64,000 nucleotides of DNA. It comes from Asterias rubens. Its lineage: Eukaryota. Made by a program: the position numbers and the translations under genes. The notes beneath the pieces were generated by a model that saw only the letters and a program-made list of their open reading frames with translations, searched no databases and was not told the DNA's origin. The stretch covers positions 9,176,001 through 9,240,000 of the forward strand of contig NC_047076.1 of NCBI RefSeq assembly GCF_902459465.1. Direction: 5' to 3'. Of the stretch, positions 27,486-40,379 are shown one piece after another (the stretch's first letter is position 1; every line of letters begins with the position of its first letter).

Positions 27486-27962
27486 GTAAGTTTGAAATGG
27501 TTGGTGCAGGCTTGATACTACATCAGGTGGGATTGCCTTCATGTTCCTGGCACTTGCCTTGGTGCCCCCTGGAGAAATACTGCTTGGCAAGTTTCTTTGC
27601 TTAGAAGCAAAAGTTGAGTGAGATACCAGCCACAATACAGCAAACTTAATGTAAATTTGGCTGGTAACCTATTTCTGCTAGTGCTAAGCAATACTTTCTT
27701 TGCATAGCAAGTTTTAGTGCTTACAGGCTTTATGAAATTTGGCCCTGATACTTCACAGAGGGTAATGGAGGCAAAATTATCTCCTTGCCCACGGGTAAAA
27801 CGACCCCAATTTGATTGAGCTGCTATTGCCTAACAATTTTCTGCTAAGCATAAATGAGCGGGATACTAGTCTCAAATCGTACATGACGAATGTTATACAG
27901 ACTGGTTGGTAATCTTGTTCCGATTTTTAGCATAATAAGCTGTGCTATATGTAAGCTCCTGC

Positions 27963-28324
27963 TTAAAGGGTCTATGTAACTTTTGTAGGACAAAAAACAC
28001 AATGTCCACAGATTTACACTAAACTTACACAGTTTGAAGATAATCATAGTAGAAAGCTTCCCTGAAAATATTATGTGCTGAGGTGCTGTAGTTTTGGGGA
28101 AATGAGTAAAACAATGTCATGAAAACAATTTTCGTCTCATGAGACAAAAATTATTTTAATCATTTACAAACATATTTTAATGACATTGTTTTACTCATTT
28201 CTCAAAAACTACAGCACCTCAGTAAGTAATATTTGAAGGGAAGCTTTCCACTATCATTATCTTTAACCCCTGTAAGTTTAATGTAAACCTATGGACATTT
28301 TGAAAAGGTACCCAAATCCTTTAA
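27963..28324. mobile_element. Kolobok-like MITE, family C, in the intron of the chimeric gene
   Basis: TTAAAGGG...CCTTTAA termini; internal inverted symmetry. Confidence 0.7.
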
Positions 28325-29148
28325 GTGCTTTAAGCAGCTAGATGAAATTGGGCTCTGGTCATTGCCTTGGTGTCCCTTTAAATGTTTCAGTACAAATACA
28401 TCACTGATTGAGGTGCCCTTTTACTCAGGAAAATCCACCTTGCCCTTAGAAGAGTGTATTATCTGGTATGTTGGTGGTATCAACCATGAAACTTTATAGT
28501 ACAATAATGGTGGTATTAGCAGCCCTGGTTCGTGTTTCATAGAGCTGTTTTAAAAGCAGAAAATATTGCTTGAACATTTTCTGCTAAGCAAAAATATGCT
28601 CGATACCAGTCACAGATTGTACATGTGGCGTTTGACTGGCTGCCGACCTTATTCTGGTAAACATAATTTAATTGTGCTTATATGTAGCTACTTTGGTGCT
28701 TAAGCAGCTCTTTGAAATTGGACCCTGGAAGTAGGTCATTGGGCTTGTGACCTTAACTGCTGACCTGGGAGAAAAATCATCATCGATTGGATACAACCAG
28801 ACTAAAGATCCCATTTCTCTTGCTAAACAAGGAATAGGGATTTTTCTTCTTCTGATAAAACAACTCGTAAAGTATTACTTTTTCATATAATATTTTCTTT
28901 GAATAACAAGCTTGATATCTTTTGCAAGTGTTAAACGACCAATTTTTTTTTCAGATGTTGTGCCATCACCGATTTCACATCAGTGTAACTTTTAAGAAGA
29001 CATTTTACTTAGGTGAACTAGACTTTGAGAAATGGCTTTTTAAGATCTAATGGCCAGATACTTTACAAACAAAGGCTTCTACATGTATGTAATTTATAGA
29101 GTCGTGATTTTTAACAAAACGTTTCAATTTTTCTATTTACCTGTACAG

Positions 29149-30046
29149 CTTTGGTGAAAAATCGACCCCCCTGAGAAGTTGCATCGGATTTCACGGCTGG
29201 AAAGATGTGCGTTACTCGGACAGCCTGGTCATGGAAATCACTGGTGTCTCCTTAAAGACGTTTCATATCCTCCTTGAGCAGCTTCCAGATCCCCTACCCA
29301 TACTTGGAGGTCTGACCACTGAGAATGGGCTTCTCATGTTCCTGATGAAGCTACGGATGGACCCACCGTATAAGTACCTCGCAGCTCAGTTCAGTGTGGC
29401 CCAGGCGACCATTGAGCAAACCTTCCTCTGCATCTTAGTCTACCTTGTGGAGCTGTCTTCTGCTTGCATTCAATGGCCACTTAAGGAGACAGTGCTCAGC
29501 AAGATGCCACCGTGCATCAAGAGAAGCTACCCTAAGTGTAGACTCGTCTTGGACTGTCTTCAGATTGAAGTGGAGGCACCGGAGCAACTGCGGGATCAGC
29601 TACCAATGCTCTCAAGACTGGACAGCACCTTCAAGGCGAAGGCTCTCATCGGGTTGACTCCGAACGGTTGCATCTGCTTTATCTCCAAGTTCTTCTCAGG
29701 GGAGATCCTACAAAGTAAACTGTCGAAGCTAAGCTCTGTCTACTATGCCCTTCATGTCGGCGATCAGGTACTCTCGTTACAGCCCGATAGTTTCATAAGC
29801 AGCATGCAAGGAGTCTCCATCTTCCAAGCTCCAATTTTGCCTCGAATAATCACACAGACGAACCCTATTTACAAAGAGGAGTCCGTCCTCTTGAACAAGC
29901 ACGTTGACATGCTGAAACAGCGGCTACGATCTTTTGGAATCTTGAGATCCAAGTTGCCATGCGACATGTTGCCGCACATTGAAATGTTGGTCCATATATG
30001 CGCTGTTCTGGCAAACTTTGAAACTGCTGCACAGGGAGATAAATGA
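29149..30046 (+). CDS. Exon 2 of the chimeric gene: PIF/Harbinger (ISL2EU-type) transposase-derived HTH plus degenerate DDE domain
   Basis: Acceptor TTTTCTATTTACCTGTACAG|C; frame open from 29150 to TGA 30046; motifs LLMFLMKLR..LAAQFSVAQAT, RLVLDC, LIGLTPNGCICFISKFFSG; phase 2 matches the donor at 27485 (TT+C = Phe). Confidence 0.85.
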
Positions 30047-30977
30047 GTGTCTTTGCTTGTATGTTAAAAATAGCCTACATGTACATGTACATAGGCCTGT
30101 GCAACTTTTGGTTGTTTTCTAACAAATCAGGCTACAGAGTTCATATGATTTACTTTAGAAATCTAGGATGAGATTCACAGAGCTGCTTTTAAGTGCAAAA
30201 ACAAGCCAAGCTCATAACAATATTCTTACCAGAATAAGGTTACCAGATTAGTCTTTAAATAGTTTCCCGTTTAGTTTCGCTTAGCAGAAGAGTGTCAAAG
30301 GAACACCTTGCCTTGGATCGGTCGAGTTGGTCTTTGAACATTGAAAAGCGTTTGTAACCGTTTGTTGTAAAATGCATTTGATTAGAAAGATATTTTGAAA
30401 GTAGAATATAATGGTCCACACGAGTATTACTCGAAATTGCGTGGTTTTCCTTTTACCTCGTCGACAGTCGAGGTAAAAATTTTGACTCCCATACATGGCC
30501 AACCGTGTTAGTACGCACAGTAAAAAGAACACCATTCAATTTCGAGGCAAATTTGTACTTTAAAACATCTCTCCAACCATAATATGCATTTTAAACAAAA
30601 AAGGTTCCAAACGCTTGTTTTAGACCAACGAACAACTCGACCGATCCAAGACAACTTAAGCAGGAACGTGTTTGAAGGTAATAATAATAAATAAATTATA
30701 TTTATATAGCGCATAATATGAATTAACATCTCTATGCGCAAAGTAGGTAGGGTCATACTTTGGAAATGACCCGACCCCAAATAGAAGTTGTCTATTTTTT
30801 AATTTTTTTTTAGAAAGCCTGCTGGTTATAACAAGTTTGTAATCTGTACATGTACATGTATAGTACTAAGCATCATGTGAAAGTATTTCCTCTGAAGTGA
30901 ATGATGGCTAGAAATCAATAGAAATTATGTCAACATAAATGAATCTCCAAAGAGTGCCTTTCAAATCTATGGTTGTC

Positions 30978-31359
30978 CAATAAGCCACTTGCCAGTTAGA
31001 TTTAAATAATGTCTGGTACAATGACTCGCTTGGTTACAATCAGCTGGTTACAATGCACTGTTTACATTTGAATTCCTCAGACTATCAAGACAGTTGCTAC
31101 GCCGTGTGATTAGGGGCAAGCTTTTGCGTAGTTATGTAAGAGACGGTGAACACCCATATACAATTCTGAATGGATGTGTATGACACAATGGTACCATGGT
31201 CTGCTCATCCTGAAAGTTGCTACGCAAAAGCTAGCCCCTAATCACGTGCCGTAGCAACTGTCTCAATAGTCTGAGGAATTCAAATGTAAAGGGTGCTTTG
31301 TAACTAAGCAAGTCATTGTACCAGACGATATTCAAATTTAACTCGCGAATGGCTTATTG
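30978..31359. mobile_element. Foldback MITE with about 150-bp imperfect arms
   Basis: CAATAAGCCA..ATTTGAATTCCTCAGACTAT..GCTACG mirrored by CGTAGC..ATAGTCTGAGGAATTCAAAT..TGGCTTATTG. Confidence 0.75.
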
Positions 31360-31711
31360 AATGCTGCTCTCAATATGGCACAGTTGCGGTTGGTACCCTG
31401 TGTCACCTCGTTAGTATTGGTGGATTTGACATTATTGGTGAACATTAGCTGCTATACAAATTGGAGCTCCCACTTATGACGTAAAATGAATAATGATATA
31501 ACAGAGCTTTTCACAAATTTTTCTGAAAAGCACTTGATAAGGATAGTCGAAATGAATGTTTTTTGAACACAATTAAAATCTATTAATAGTCATACGAATA
31601 GATTTTCTTATTGATTGAAAACATTTCAAATGAAATTCAGCAAAGATCACAGCTTGGCTTTTTTCACTCGAGTACAGTGTACCTGTTTAACAGATTTTTG
31701 AAATTGGGCCC

Positions 31712-31830
31712 TGGCTAGCTCGTTGGTCTAGTGTTAAGACAAGTACTCTAGCAACATAAAGGTCATGGGTTCGAATCCCTCCTGAGAACTTGATTTGCCT
31801 GTGGAATAAAATAACAGAACTCAGGAAAAT
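31712..31830 (+). mobile_element. tRNA-derived SINE head (similar fragments near 150-215, 2170-2250, 4360-4450, 5450-5510 and 12200-12270)
   Basis: A-box-like TAGCTC/TTGGTCTAGTG and B-box GGTTCGAATCC, no complete cloverleaf. Confidence 0.55.
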
Positions 31831-32373
31831 ACTGGATTTACAGTGCTTTTCCACATGAGTGTTTGTGTACAAAAAACTGAATGCAAAATTAACTTTCGGG
31901 TGTGTAACTAAGCAACAAGGTGAAGCATCTTGTGGAGCCTTCTTGTTTTTCTTTAATCTTAATTATTGTAACCAAAGTAAGGCCGTGTCTGAAACGGCAA
32001 CATAGGTTGGCTTATTCTTCAACACTGATCTAGCCGTAGCTGTAGCCGAAGTTGCCTTTTCAGACACAGCCCGAGAATGGGAGAGAAAAATAGTTTTGTT
32101 GGTGTGCTGACTCTTAGTATCAATGCTTGTGATTGCCCATAGGAACCAGACGTGCCAAGATGGTGGTATAAAAATCACTAATTGACTTGCAATGAGGTAA
32201 ATAGTGAAAACATCTATTCCCCTGAGGCACTTTGAGTGGCCAGTAGAGCGACCTATTTCTCAACGCCGAAGGCCGAGGAAAATAGGTCCCTCCTCAGTTG
32301 TCACTCAGTGGCCCAAGGGGGAATAGATGTGGAATATGCCAGTCCACACATGTATTTATAAAACACCTCTGTC

Positions 32374-32752
32374 TTAAAGGCAGTGGATACTACATGTATT
32401 GGTAATTACTCAAAAAACCTTTCTTGATTACGAGTAATGGGGAGAGGTTGATAGTATATAAAACATTGTGAGAAACAGCTCCCTCTGAAGTGACGTAGTT
32501 TTCGAGAAAGAAGTAATTTTCCACGAATTTGATTTCAAGACCTCAGATTTAGAATTTGAGGTCTAGAAATCAAGCATCTGAAAGCACACAGCTTTGACCA
32601 TGGTGCGGCAAGGGTGTTTTTTCTTTCATTAATATCTCGCAACTTTGACGACCGATTAAGCTCAAATTTTCACAGGTTATATGCATATGTTGAGATACAC
32701 CAATTGTGAAGACTAGTCTTTGACAATTACCAATAGTGTCCAGTGTCTTTAA
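32374..32752. mobile_element. Kolobok/T2-like MITE, family A
   Basis: TTAA flanks and TIRs. Confidence 0.85.
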
Positions 32753-34889
32753 ACATGAAATACAAGACTCTTGGAAAAGAGCGGAACGCATTTAATTTCA
32801 GCGGATGCTGTTCACGGTTCAGGTCAAGAGAGGGCGCTGTAACCAGTAAAACATTAAAAGATTAGTGCCTGCTCGGGCCCGCTAGATAAGTTGACCCCTC
32901 ATGACCATGTTTCAGCCATCCAGGGGTCGATTTCACAAAGCAATAAAATCCAAATTGTCAAACCACTCAGAATAAATTTATTCATTGAGTGGTTTTATCC
33001 GTTAAATACATTAAATTTATTCAAAACTATTTGCTGATTAGTGGTTCCAGCATTTTTTTTAGCAGCAGATTGGTGGTCATGCATATTTATGATTATGTTG
33101 TGTATTGTGACTCATTGTGTATTTTTTAAACAAGAAAACTTCTTTCCCGATGGACCAATGGAAGAGGAAATGATTTGTATACAGCTCATGAATATTTCAG
33201 TTTGATTTGCTCGTCATTAGTCAATTAACATTTGCCTTTTATAATCAAGTTGTACACTCTTACAGTGGCTGTGTTGTCTTGATCAAAGCAGGCCTTTGGC
33301 TGTACATGGAATTCACAACCCTCACTCAGTTATTGAATGCCACCACCTTTTATTTATAATAAAACAGAATTTGACATTTATAATGCGCACAAATCTGCAA
33401 AAAAAAAAAAAAATGCTCATAGATCAAACAAAAGCAACAATAACAGTTACCTGGTACTTGCTCTATGCTGGTACATAATAAGATGCAATCATATGATTTA
33501 TCATTGGCAAAACAGAATGAGCATTTACACGATCCTGACCATAAGCAGAGTGTGTTTTCAGCCTGTTTGCGAAAGTCTCAAGTGATGGAGAAGCCTAATT
33601 ATACATGATTGGGAAGTGAGTTCCATAACCGGGAGCTGTGACAGAGAGAGAGAGCTGTCGCCCCAGTACCTACTGGTATATAGCAGGCCTTTATGCTTCA
33701 TTTTTGAAAGGGCTAGGGCACCAAGGCATTTTCTCCTTGGTAAAGGGCACCCTATGGGGAAATTGTAAATTTCTACTGGAGCATTTCAAGGGCACCAAGG
33801 CACTGACCAGGGGCATGGAGGCAATCGCCTTCGTTGCCTCTCTGAAGTATCAGACCTGATATAGGCCTAATTTAGGTTCTGCTATAGACGCATTTTGCAG
33901 CTGATCGCAAACAATTGGGCATATACAAATTGTTTCTTTTTGATTAGTCACCATTGCTTGTTATTTTGGATCACACAAAGTGCAGATATTTGTCTTTGGC
34001 AATTAAAAATCTCGTCCACATCAAACATTATGTACATTGTTTATAAATGCTGATGAAATGCTTGACAGTGTTGTGTTCATTTAATGTTGTCATATCAATT
34101 TAAGCTGTAATAAATGGTTGAAGCTTTTACAATATCCATTGTGTACATTTATCTGTCAGTCTGGTAGTCTTTTTCCCCATTAGAATTCCCTAGATTTTTT
34201 TTTGATTCTCACTTCCATTCATTTTCTTTCAATTTTGAAAAGCTCTTAAAGCCATTGGACCCTTTCGGTACAGAAAAAAATTTCACATATTTACAAATAA
34301 CTTGCAGGGTTTACAGAAGGTAGTGTGAAAGACTTCTCTTGAAATATTATTCCATGAAATGCTTATGACACGGCGAAATGCGCGGATACAAGGGTTTTTC
34401 CCGTTATTTTCTTCCGACTCCGATGACCGATTGAGCCTAAATTTTCACAGGTTTATTATTTTGATACAGCAGTTGTGATACACGAAGTGTGGGCCTTGGA
34501 TAATACTGTTTACCAAAAGGGTACAATGTCAAAAGACTGCAGAGGTTTAGTACAAATAAGGTTTTTATTTTGATTGAGTCACTATCTTGTCAAGTTATTG
34601 TTTTATTAATTCAGACCAGGGCGGAGATGGGTGGAGGAAGTACAGTAACTTGGCAATGCTAAGAGACAGGACTGGTTCTAAGTTAGGACCAGTAACTGAC
34701 TGATTAATTAATTTTCAATTAGTAACCCAATCATCTTGGTCTTGGATTTATATGACAATGTTACACATTGAATTGAACAGTTTGTTCGTACAACAAACAA
34801 TGGGGAATATTTTCATGAGCAAGCTGTTGTTTCACACACAGAGGGCGCTGTTTTAAAAGTGTAGAGAAAAAAAGGTGACTGGCGAAAAA

Positions 34890-35212
34890 AACATGTGACA
34901 CGAACAAATATTAACCACGTGATCCCAGGCACCTTGGCCTTTTGACAGTGAGTCACGTGCGCTCCAGTACAGTGTATATCGCTGGTGGCCTTGTCCATCA
35001 GACTGTGTGTGTTCGACGTGCGTACCGGCGAAATTGTGTGTTGTTCATGCAGCTCATTGTTTGCTAGCTTGAATTGTATGTGTTCGACGTTCATTGTCCA
35101 CAACAAGCAATTTTCAACCCCCTTCTTTTCAGCTTTGGAAAGTGGTCTGCAAAAACCCCGTGTCTTTTTAGGACCAACACCAAAATAAGCATCTACAAAG
35201 CACTTAACACCG
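34890..35212 (+). promoter_or_regulatory. Candidate progranulin promoter and non-coding first exon with a CLEAR-like E-box cluster
   Basis: CATGTGAC at 34892, CACGTGAT at 34916, GTCACGTG at 34952, then a CCG|GTAAGC donor at 35212/35213; the ATG exon at 43383 begins with an acceptor, so an upstream UTR exon is required. Confidence 0.45.
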
Positions 35213-35919
35213 GTAAGCATAATAATCGTATTGTCACGAAAACGTATTCAACATATCATTTTATTAAATTTGTTATTTAAATTATACTAGAATAAACAAT
35301 TATTGTTATTTTATTCAGAATATTACTATTTACTTTATAAATTATAATACATAAAATAAATAGGCTATTAGTACTACTACTGAGAGTAGTACTAAGTACA
35401 GAGATGCCAAGTCCAGAGGCCAGCTATGCGCGAGATTTTTCAAAGCTCTGTTTGTACGGCAGCTCAAATTGATGAATCTGATAAACTGCGTGCAATCTGA
35501 AGATTGTGCAAACATTGTAGATTGCGTTTATGTACACACGAGCGCGATTTGGCAATGCATTGTCGTTAATTTTTTTTTTTTTTCCGGTCTGGCCCCAACC
35601 CAATGCTTGATAAAATGGTTGCTGTGCGTGTGAGCGTGTCTCACGCCTAATGCGCGAGACTTGGTAGGTCTGTAAGTGCTTGTTATCACTGGTTAAGGAC
35701 AGAGGGCTAGGCCTTGGGGTTATCCCAAACAAATTAATAATGTTCACGTCATCGACAATGACTGACACACTGACAGTGACAGTGACACTAGAGTTAAATT
35801 AGTTAAGTTTTGAAGCAAAGTGACCAGGTGACAGATAAAGATTTAGTAGTGTCACTGTCAGTGAATTGAATAGATACTAAGAAAAGAAGAATAAACATGA
35901 TTAGATGGGTCCAATCATG

Positions 35920-36390
35920 CCAATCATTCATAGAAAAAGTTTCCAACAAAGCACACAGAATGCTGGGCCTCCTACGCTGCAACCTAAGATGCTGTTCAAG
36001 AAAAATCTGTGAGAAAGCATACATAGGCCTCGTCAGACCACACCTAGAATACTGCAGCACAGTTTGGGACCCCCACAGCAAAAAAGACATCACCAGAGTG
36101 GAGAGTGTTCAAAGACGTGCTGCCAGATTTGTCCTCCAGAGGTACCAACGAAGAGACAGTGTTTTCTCCATTCTACAAGAGCTTGAGTGGAAGTCACTTG
36201 AATGGAGAAGACAGGCCGCCAGTCTGTCATTGCTCTACAAGATACAGCACAACATCGTCGTCATCAATGCCTCCCATTACCTGTCTCCAATGATTCCTTC
36301 CAACATTAAATCATACCACCCTTGCAAACTCCTGACCATCACTAGCCGCACTCAGCTATATGGTAGTTCCTACTTTCCAAGAACAGTCAA
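35920..36390 (+). mobile_element. 5'-truncated CR1/L2-group LINE fragment (C-terminal RT/thumb region)
   Basis: ORF 35897-36409 contains KAHRMLGLL, AYIGLVRPHLEYCSTVWDP, ESVQRRAARFV and SYFPRT. Confidence 0.85.
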
Positions 36391-36776
36391 ACTCTCGAGA
36401 GGAGGGTGATAATCGCAACTATGCCTGAGGCCAGTGATTTTAGCATGGGGACAGTAAATTTATGATTTCGCAAAATCCGGCAGTCTAATGATTTTCAATT
36501 CAATATCACAATACCTCACTTTGTAATATCTTGAACAGCTAATACTGTTTCAATTCTATTGAGTAATGAAAGATAATTTTAATCATGACGACAAATGAGA
36601 TCAATCTTCCCTTACATTTCATCAAGCTTATTCAAATAAAAACAGTCAAAATGCATGCATCAATTAAACTTTTGTAGGAAGTATATATTTCAAATTTTTT
36701 AAAACTATTTCTGGTCCTGTGAACTTTTTGAGATACAAGTCCTGTGGTCTTATGGATTTGTTTTCAAAACTTGAGC

Positions 36777-37043
36777 CCTGGGGTGGATTTCACAAAGGTA
36801 GTCCTAACTTAGGACTAGTCCTGGGCAATGCTAAGAGATAGGCTATATGTACATGTAGGACCAGGGGTGGATTTCACAAAGGTAGTCCTAATTTACATGT
36901 AGGACTAGTCCTAAGCAATGCTTAGAGATAGGACTGGTCCTAAGTTAGGACCAGTAACTCATCCTAACTTAGGACTGGTCCTATCTCTTAGCATTGCCTA
37001 GGACTAGTCCTAAGTTAGGACTACCTTTGTGAAATCCACCCCA
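36777..37043. mobile_element. Palindromic MITE (GGGGTGGATTTCACAAAG termini) with a duplicated left end
   Basis: Near-perfect foldback at about 36865-37043; related remnant at 34650-34700. Confidence 0.8.
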
Positions 37044-37388
37044 GTCCTAAGTTAGGATGTTTGTCCTGCTGCGGGGTGTGACAAAGGGGTGCAAAACAAT
37101 ATCATTAGGAAATGGGTTTTGAACGGATGACACAAAAATAGCTCAACCTTGAAGTCCTGTTCAATCAGGAAGGCATTTTTATGTTTCCTTCCTACATGTA
37201 AATGATCACAAGTTAAAACTTACTACAATAATAATAATGAAAGTTGGTGGAGTTCTCGTGTATTGGTGCTCAGTCACGAGAAACGTTGTCATCGAATAAT
37301 TCTTTCTTCTTTGTCATCTGACCATGTGTCCTTGGGTTGCTCAAAGAATTAAAATCTCTCGGCTTACTGGGCTGATCCAATCAAGTTC

Positions 37389-37966
37389 TTAAAGTCACCT
37401 GGAAGTGGTATTTTTTCAAAATAAAGCTTTTGTCACTAATATATGTGTTTTGATGAGTGGAATGTGAATTAACAGTTAACTAAGGTTTTAAAAAATCAGT
37501 TCTTATGTTCTTTACAAATTTAAGAGTAGACCCCGACCCGAGAGGGCGCTGTTCGTGACGTCAATCGATGCAGACTTTGCCTGTAATGCGTAGAGTAAAC
37601 ACAATTGAAAAGTACATGTACAGACCAAGTCGTGAGTTTGTACGTTTCAAAAAAAAAAATTTTTTGTTTTTTTCCGACCAGGTGTATTGCTGCTGAATGC
37701 AGAAAAACACTTTTTGAAATGTACCAACTCACGACTTGGACGTACATGTACTTTGCACGTGTGTTTACTATACGCATTGCAGGCAAAGTCTGCCTCAATT
37801 GACGTCACAAAAGGGGTAGGCGGAGTCAGCCCCCCAAACAACTTTATATATTTTTTTAAACATATAAATCGTGACAAACAATTACTAAAAAAATTGTTTT
37901 ATTGTTCGTAAGCATATATACTCTTATGTTTGAAAGAAAAAAAATTATATTTCCAGGTGACTTTAA
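37389..37966. mobile_element. Kolobok-like MITE, family D
   Basis: TTAA-AGTCACCTGGAA...TTCCAGGTGACT-TTAA. Confidence 0.8.
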
Positions 37967-38748
37967 ACCCTGACTGGGAGTGCACTAAAATCCCCTTTTT
38001 TTAATAAGCAACAGTTTGAGATAATTTCAAGCATATAGGGCCTAATTCAATTCAATTTTATTTTTTTTTTCATCACAGACTACAAGTAAAAAGTGAAAAT
38101 TGTTTTCCCTGTGTGCACTAAAAAGATTCAAATTTGATACTTTTAGAAAAACAAAAAATTATTACATTTTAAAAACACAGAATTAATTACAAAAATTTAG
38201 TTTAAGCAATAAATAGGCTAGTTCAAGTTTTTCAAAGAGAGAAACGGTATCAAAATCTTACCATTACTGATTGAAATGGAAAAACAACAACAACTACTAC
38301 TGTGTGACCCTGCTGCATAAAAAAGACTATTGGTAAAGGTTGTAGGACTTTGTTACACTACATGTAGCTACTTAGTTTTGACATCCCATTCTCTTGTTTG
38401 CATTTGGATGATCAGGTTCTTCTATCTTCCCTCAATGTCCACTTCTCGGATATCTGGGACTATGGGTTTTCAGTCCCTACCTGATTACGTGGGTTTTTCC
38501 TTGAATAATTAACTTGGGTTTTCCTCCCACATCTAAAAACTGAAACTTTTTTCTTTGTCTTCTCTCATGTATCTCTCCGTGGGATTGTAATCTAGGCTAG
38601 TGTAGTGAGTAGATTTGCTTTTCAGAGAGTCCTTGCGGTTTCACAACCAGAATTAAATAAATAACATGTGAAGTTTACAGCACAGATTATAAGTAGCCCT
38701 GGCGACTTTACACTTTCATATTATACTACAGTGATGCCTGGATATCAG

Positions 38749-38900
38749 GGTCCATTTCTGGGGCGGATCATTTTCTAAACTCGTAACTTACCTGCAAGAA
38801 GCCACTGCAGAAAAATGTGAATCTGTTGAGATCAGTGGCTTCTTGCCGGTAAGATTTAAATTATGAAGCTTTGAAAATTTTCCGCCCCATAAATGGAGCC
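38749..38900. mobile_element. Small palindromic MITE
   Basis: GGGTCCATTTCTGGGGCGGA / TCCGCCCCATAAATGGAGCC with an inner GCAAGAAGCCACTG / CAGTGGCTTCTTGC. Confidence 0.65.
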
Positions 38901-39942
38901 TAATAGTTAGGACTCTGTATCTGTGTACAGAGGAAGAGTCCTATATAGGGCTAGGATTATAAGGAACTTGAAGTGCACCAGGAACTCCCTAGCAAACTGG
39001 GAAGATACTGGTGCTTTTAGCAGGTTAACTACCCAGTGCCAAGGCTGGGTGGCATAAACCTGGCTATTCATGCTGTATTTTGATGTATCAGGTTTTTCAT
39101 TTTAACTCTGTTGCATTTTGCTGCATGTAGCATGAGCAGGACGCATAGAAAAACATGCATCTAGGGATAAACTTAGTCATAAATGCATCGGATGTATTTG
39201 TCAAAAGAATTGTCAAAGAAAGTGCTGCAGCACATAGGACATGTATGTGGAAACTGGACCAATGAGCAACCTCCTTTGACCTCGAGGTGAGGGCGTCCTC
39301 CTGCATGCTATGACATATATTTTGATTGAATAAAATTTGAAAATAATAATGCATTGATAATTGCGAACATCCTTGATACATTTACAATGTTCTTTGTTGT
39401 AAACCAGAATTGTTTTTGTATATAATCGTTGATTTGCAATGATCAGCTCAGTGAGACGTTTCTACCCATAAAAATAACTTAGGATTATTATTATTTTTCC
39501 ATTTGGACTCCGTTACATAAGGTCTAGACTTCATGAGGATGCATGTACTTCCTTTGCAACTGACCAGTAGGCCAAGACATGTGATATTGCAAATGACGGT
39601 TCGTCATCTGTAATTAAAGTTGAAACAATGAACGGTATTTTTTGTTGGAAGTGGTCAGGCTGTGGTGTCAATTATAACTGGCTACCAGTTGAGAGGAAAA
39701 CTTTACGTTTCCTGGTTTCTATTGTGAGGTCAATAATCCATTAACTCTTTATGACGATTCTTGAACCTTGTAAAGATGACTTCAAGTTACAAGTTTTGTA
39801 ATTTGGTACAAAGTCATGGAAACTGTTAACTCACAAATGCCTGGAACTTCATTTTAGAAAGGCTTACATTTCATCCATTGGAAAATCTTATTTCCAGTGG
39901 AAACTTTTGGAGAGGCACCAAGACCAGGGGCAATGGAGGCCA

Positions 39943-39999
39943 TATAGGCCTGTTGTGATGAATAGGCCTGTTGTGATGAATAGGCCTGTTGTGATGAAT
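39943..39999 (+). repeat. 18-bp minisatellite x3
   Basis: AATAGGCCTGTTGTGATG repeated. Confidence 0.9.
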
Positions 40000-40379
40000 A
40001 TCCATTTTGGAATAACTAAAGGGATCGTGTTGGTTTTTTGGAACTGTGAGAAATGTAAAATACAATAAAACTAAACAAATCCCTGAAATATTTTATGTCA
40101 AAAGTGGCATTTTCTCATCTAGTCTAACTTTGTAACCTTAATTTTTGGTTTCTACAGTGTAACCCCAAGGAGATAGGATTTCTCCCAAAAGAAACAAGAA
40201 GTTGGAATCTGTTATTGTAAAAAACAGGAAATCAAAGTAACGCTTTCATTGTTGATAGAAAACGATTAAGATCTAATGAACGGAACCCTTCAAAAGGAGA
40301 CTTCTCTAATCTCTTTCTCACACAAGCTTTTGTTTTCTGTATGGTGGTCATATTGGAAAGTGAAATAAAATATAAAGTT

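Noticed and set aside
24835-27489. The 884-aa ORF as a complete single-exon gene or active Crypton transposon
   Set aside because: Its stop codon overlaps a GTAAGT donor in phase with the downstream exon; catalytic residues are missing; no Crypton-like terminal repeats were seen
28955-29011. A possible cassette exon (TTTTCAG|ATG...TAG|GTGAAC) within the chimeric gene intron
   Set aside because: Entered in phase 2, it hits an in-frame TAA after about 11 codons
29207-30046. A stand-alone 279-aa Harbinger transposase or autonomous element
   Set aside because: The start is a GTG inside a frame open back to a splice acceptor; no TIRs or partner Myb/SANT ORF; the second Asp and the Glu of the triad are altered
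150-31830. tRNA genes at GGTTCGAATCC motifs
   Set aside because: Only degenerate A/B boxes with no complete cloverleaf; these are SINE heads
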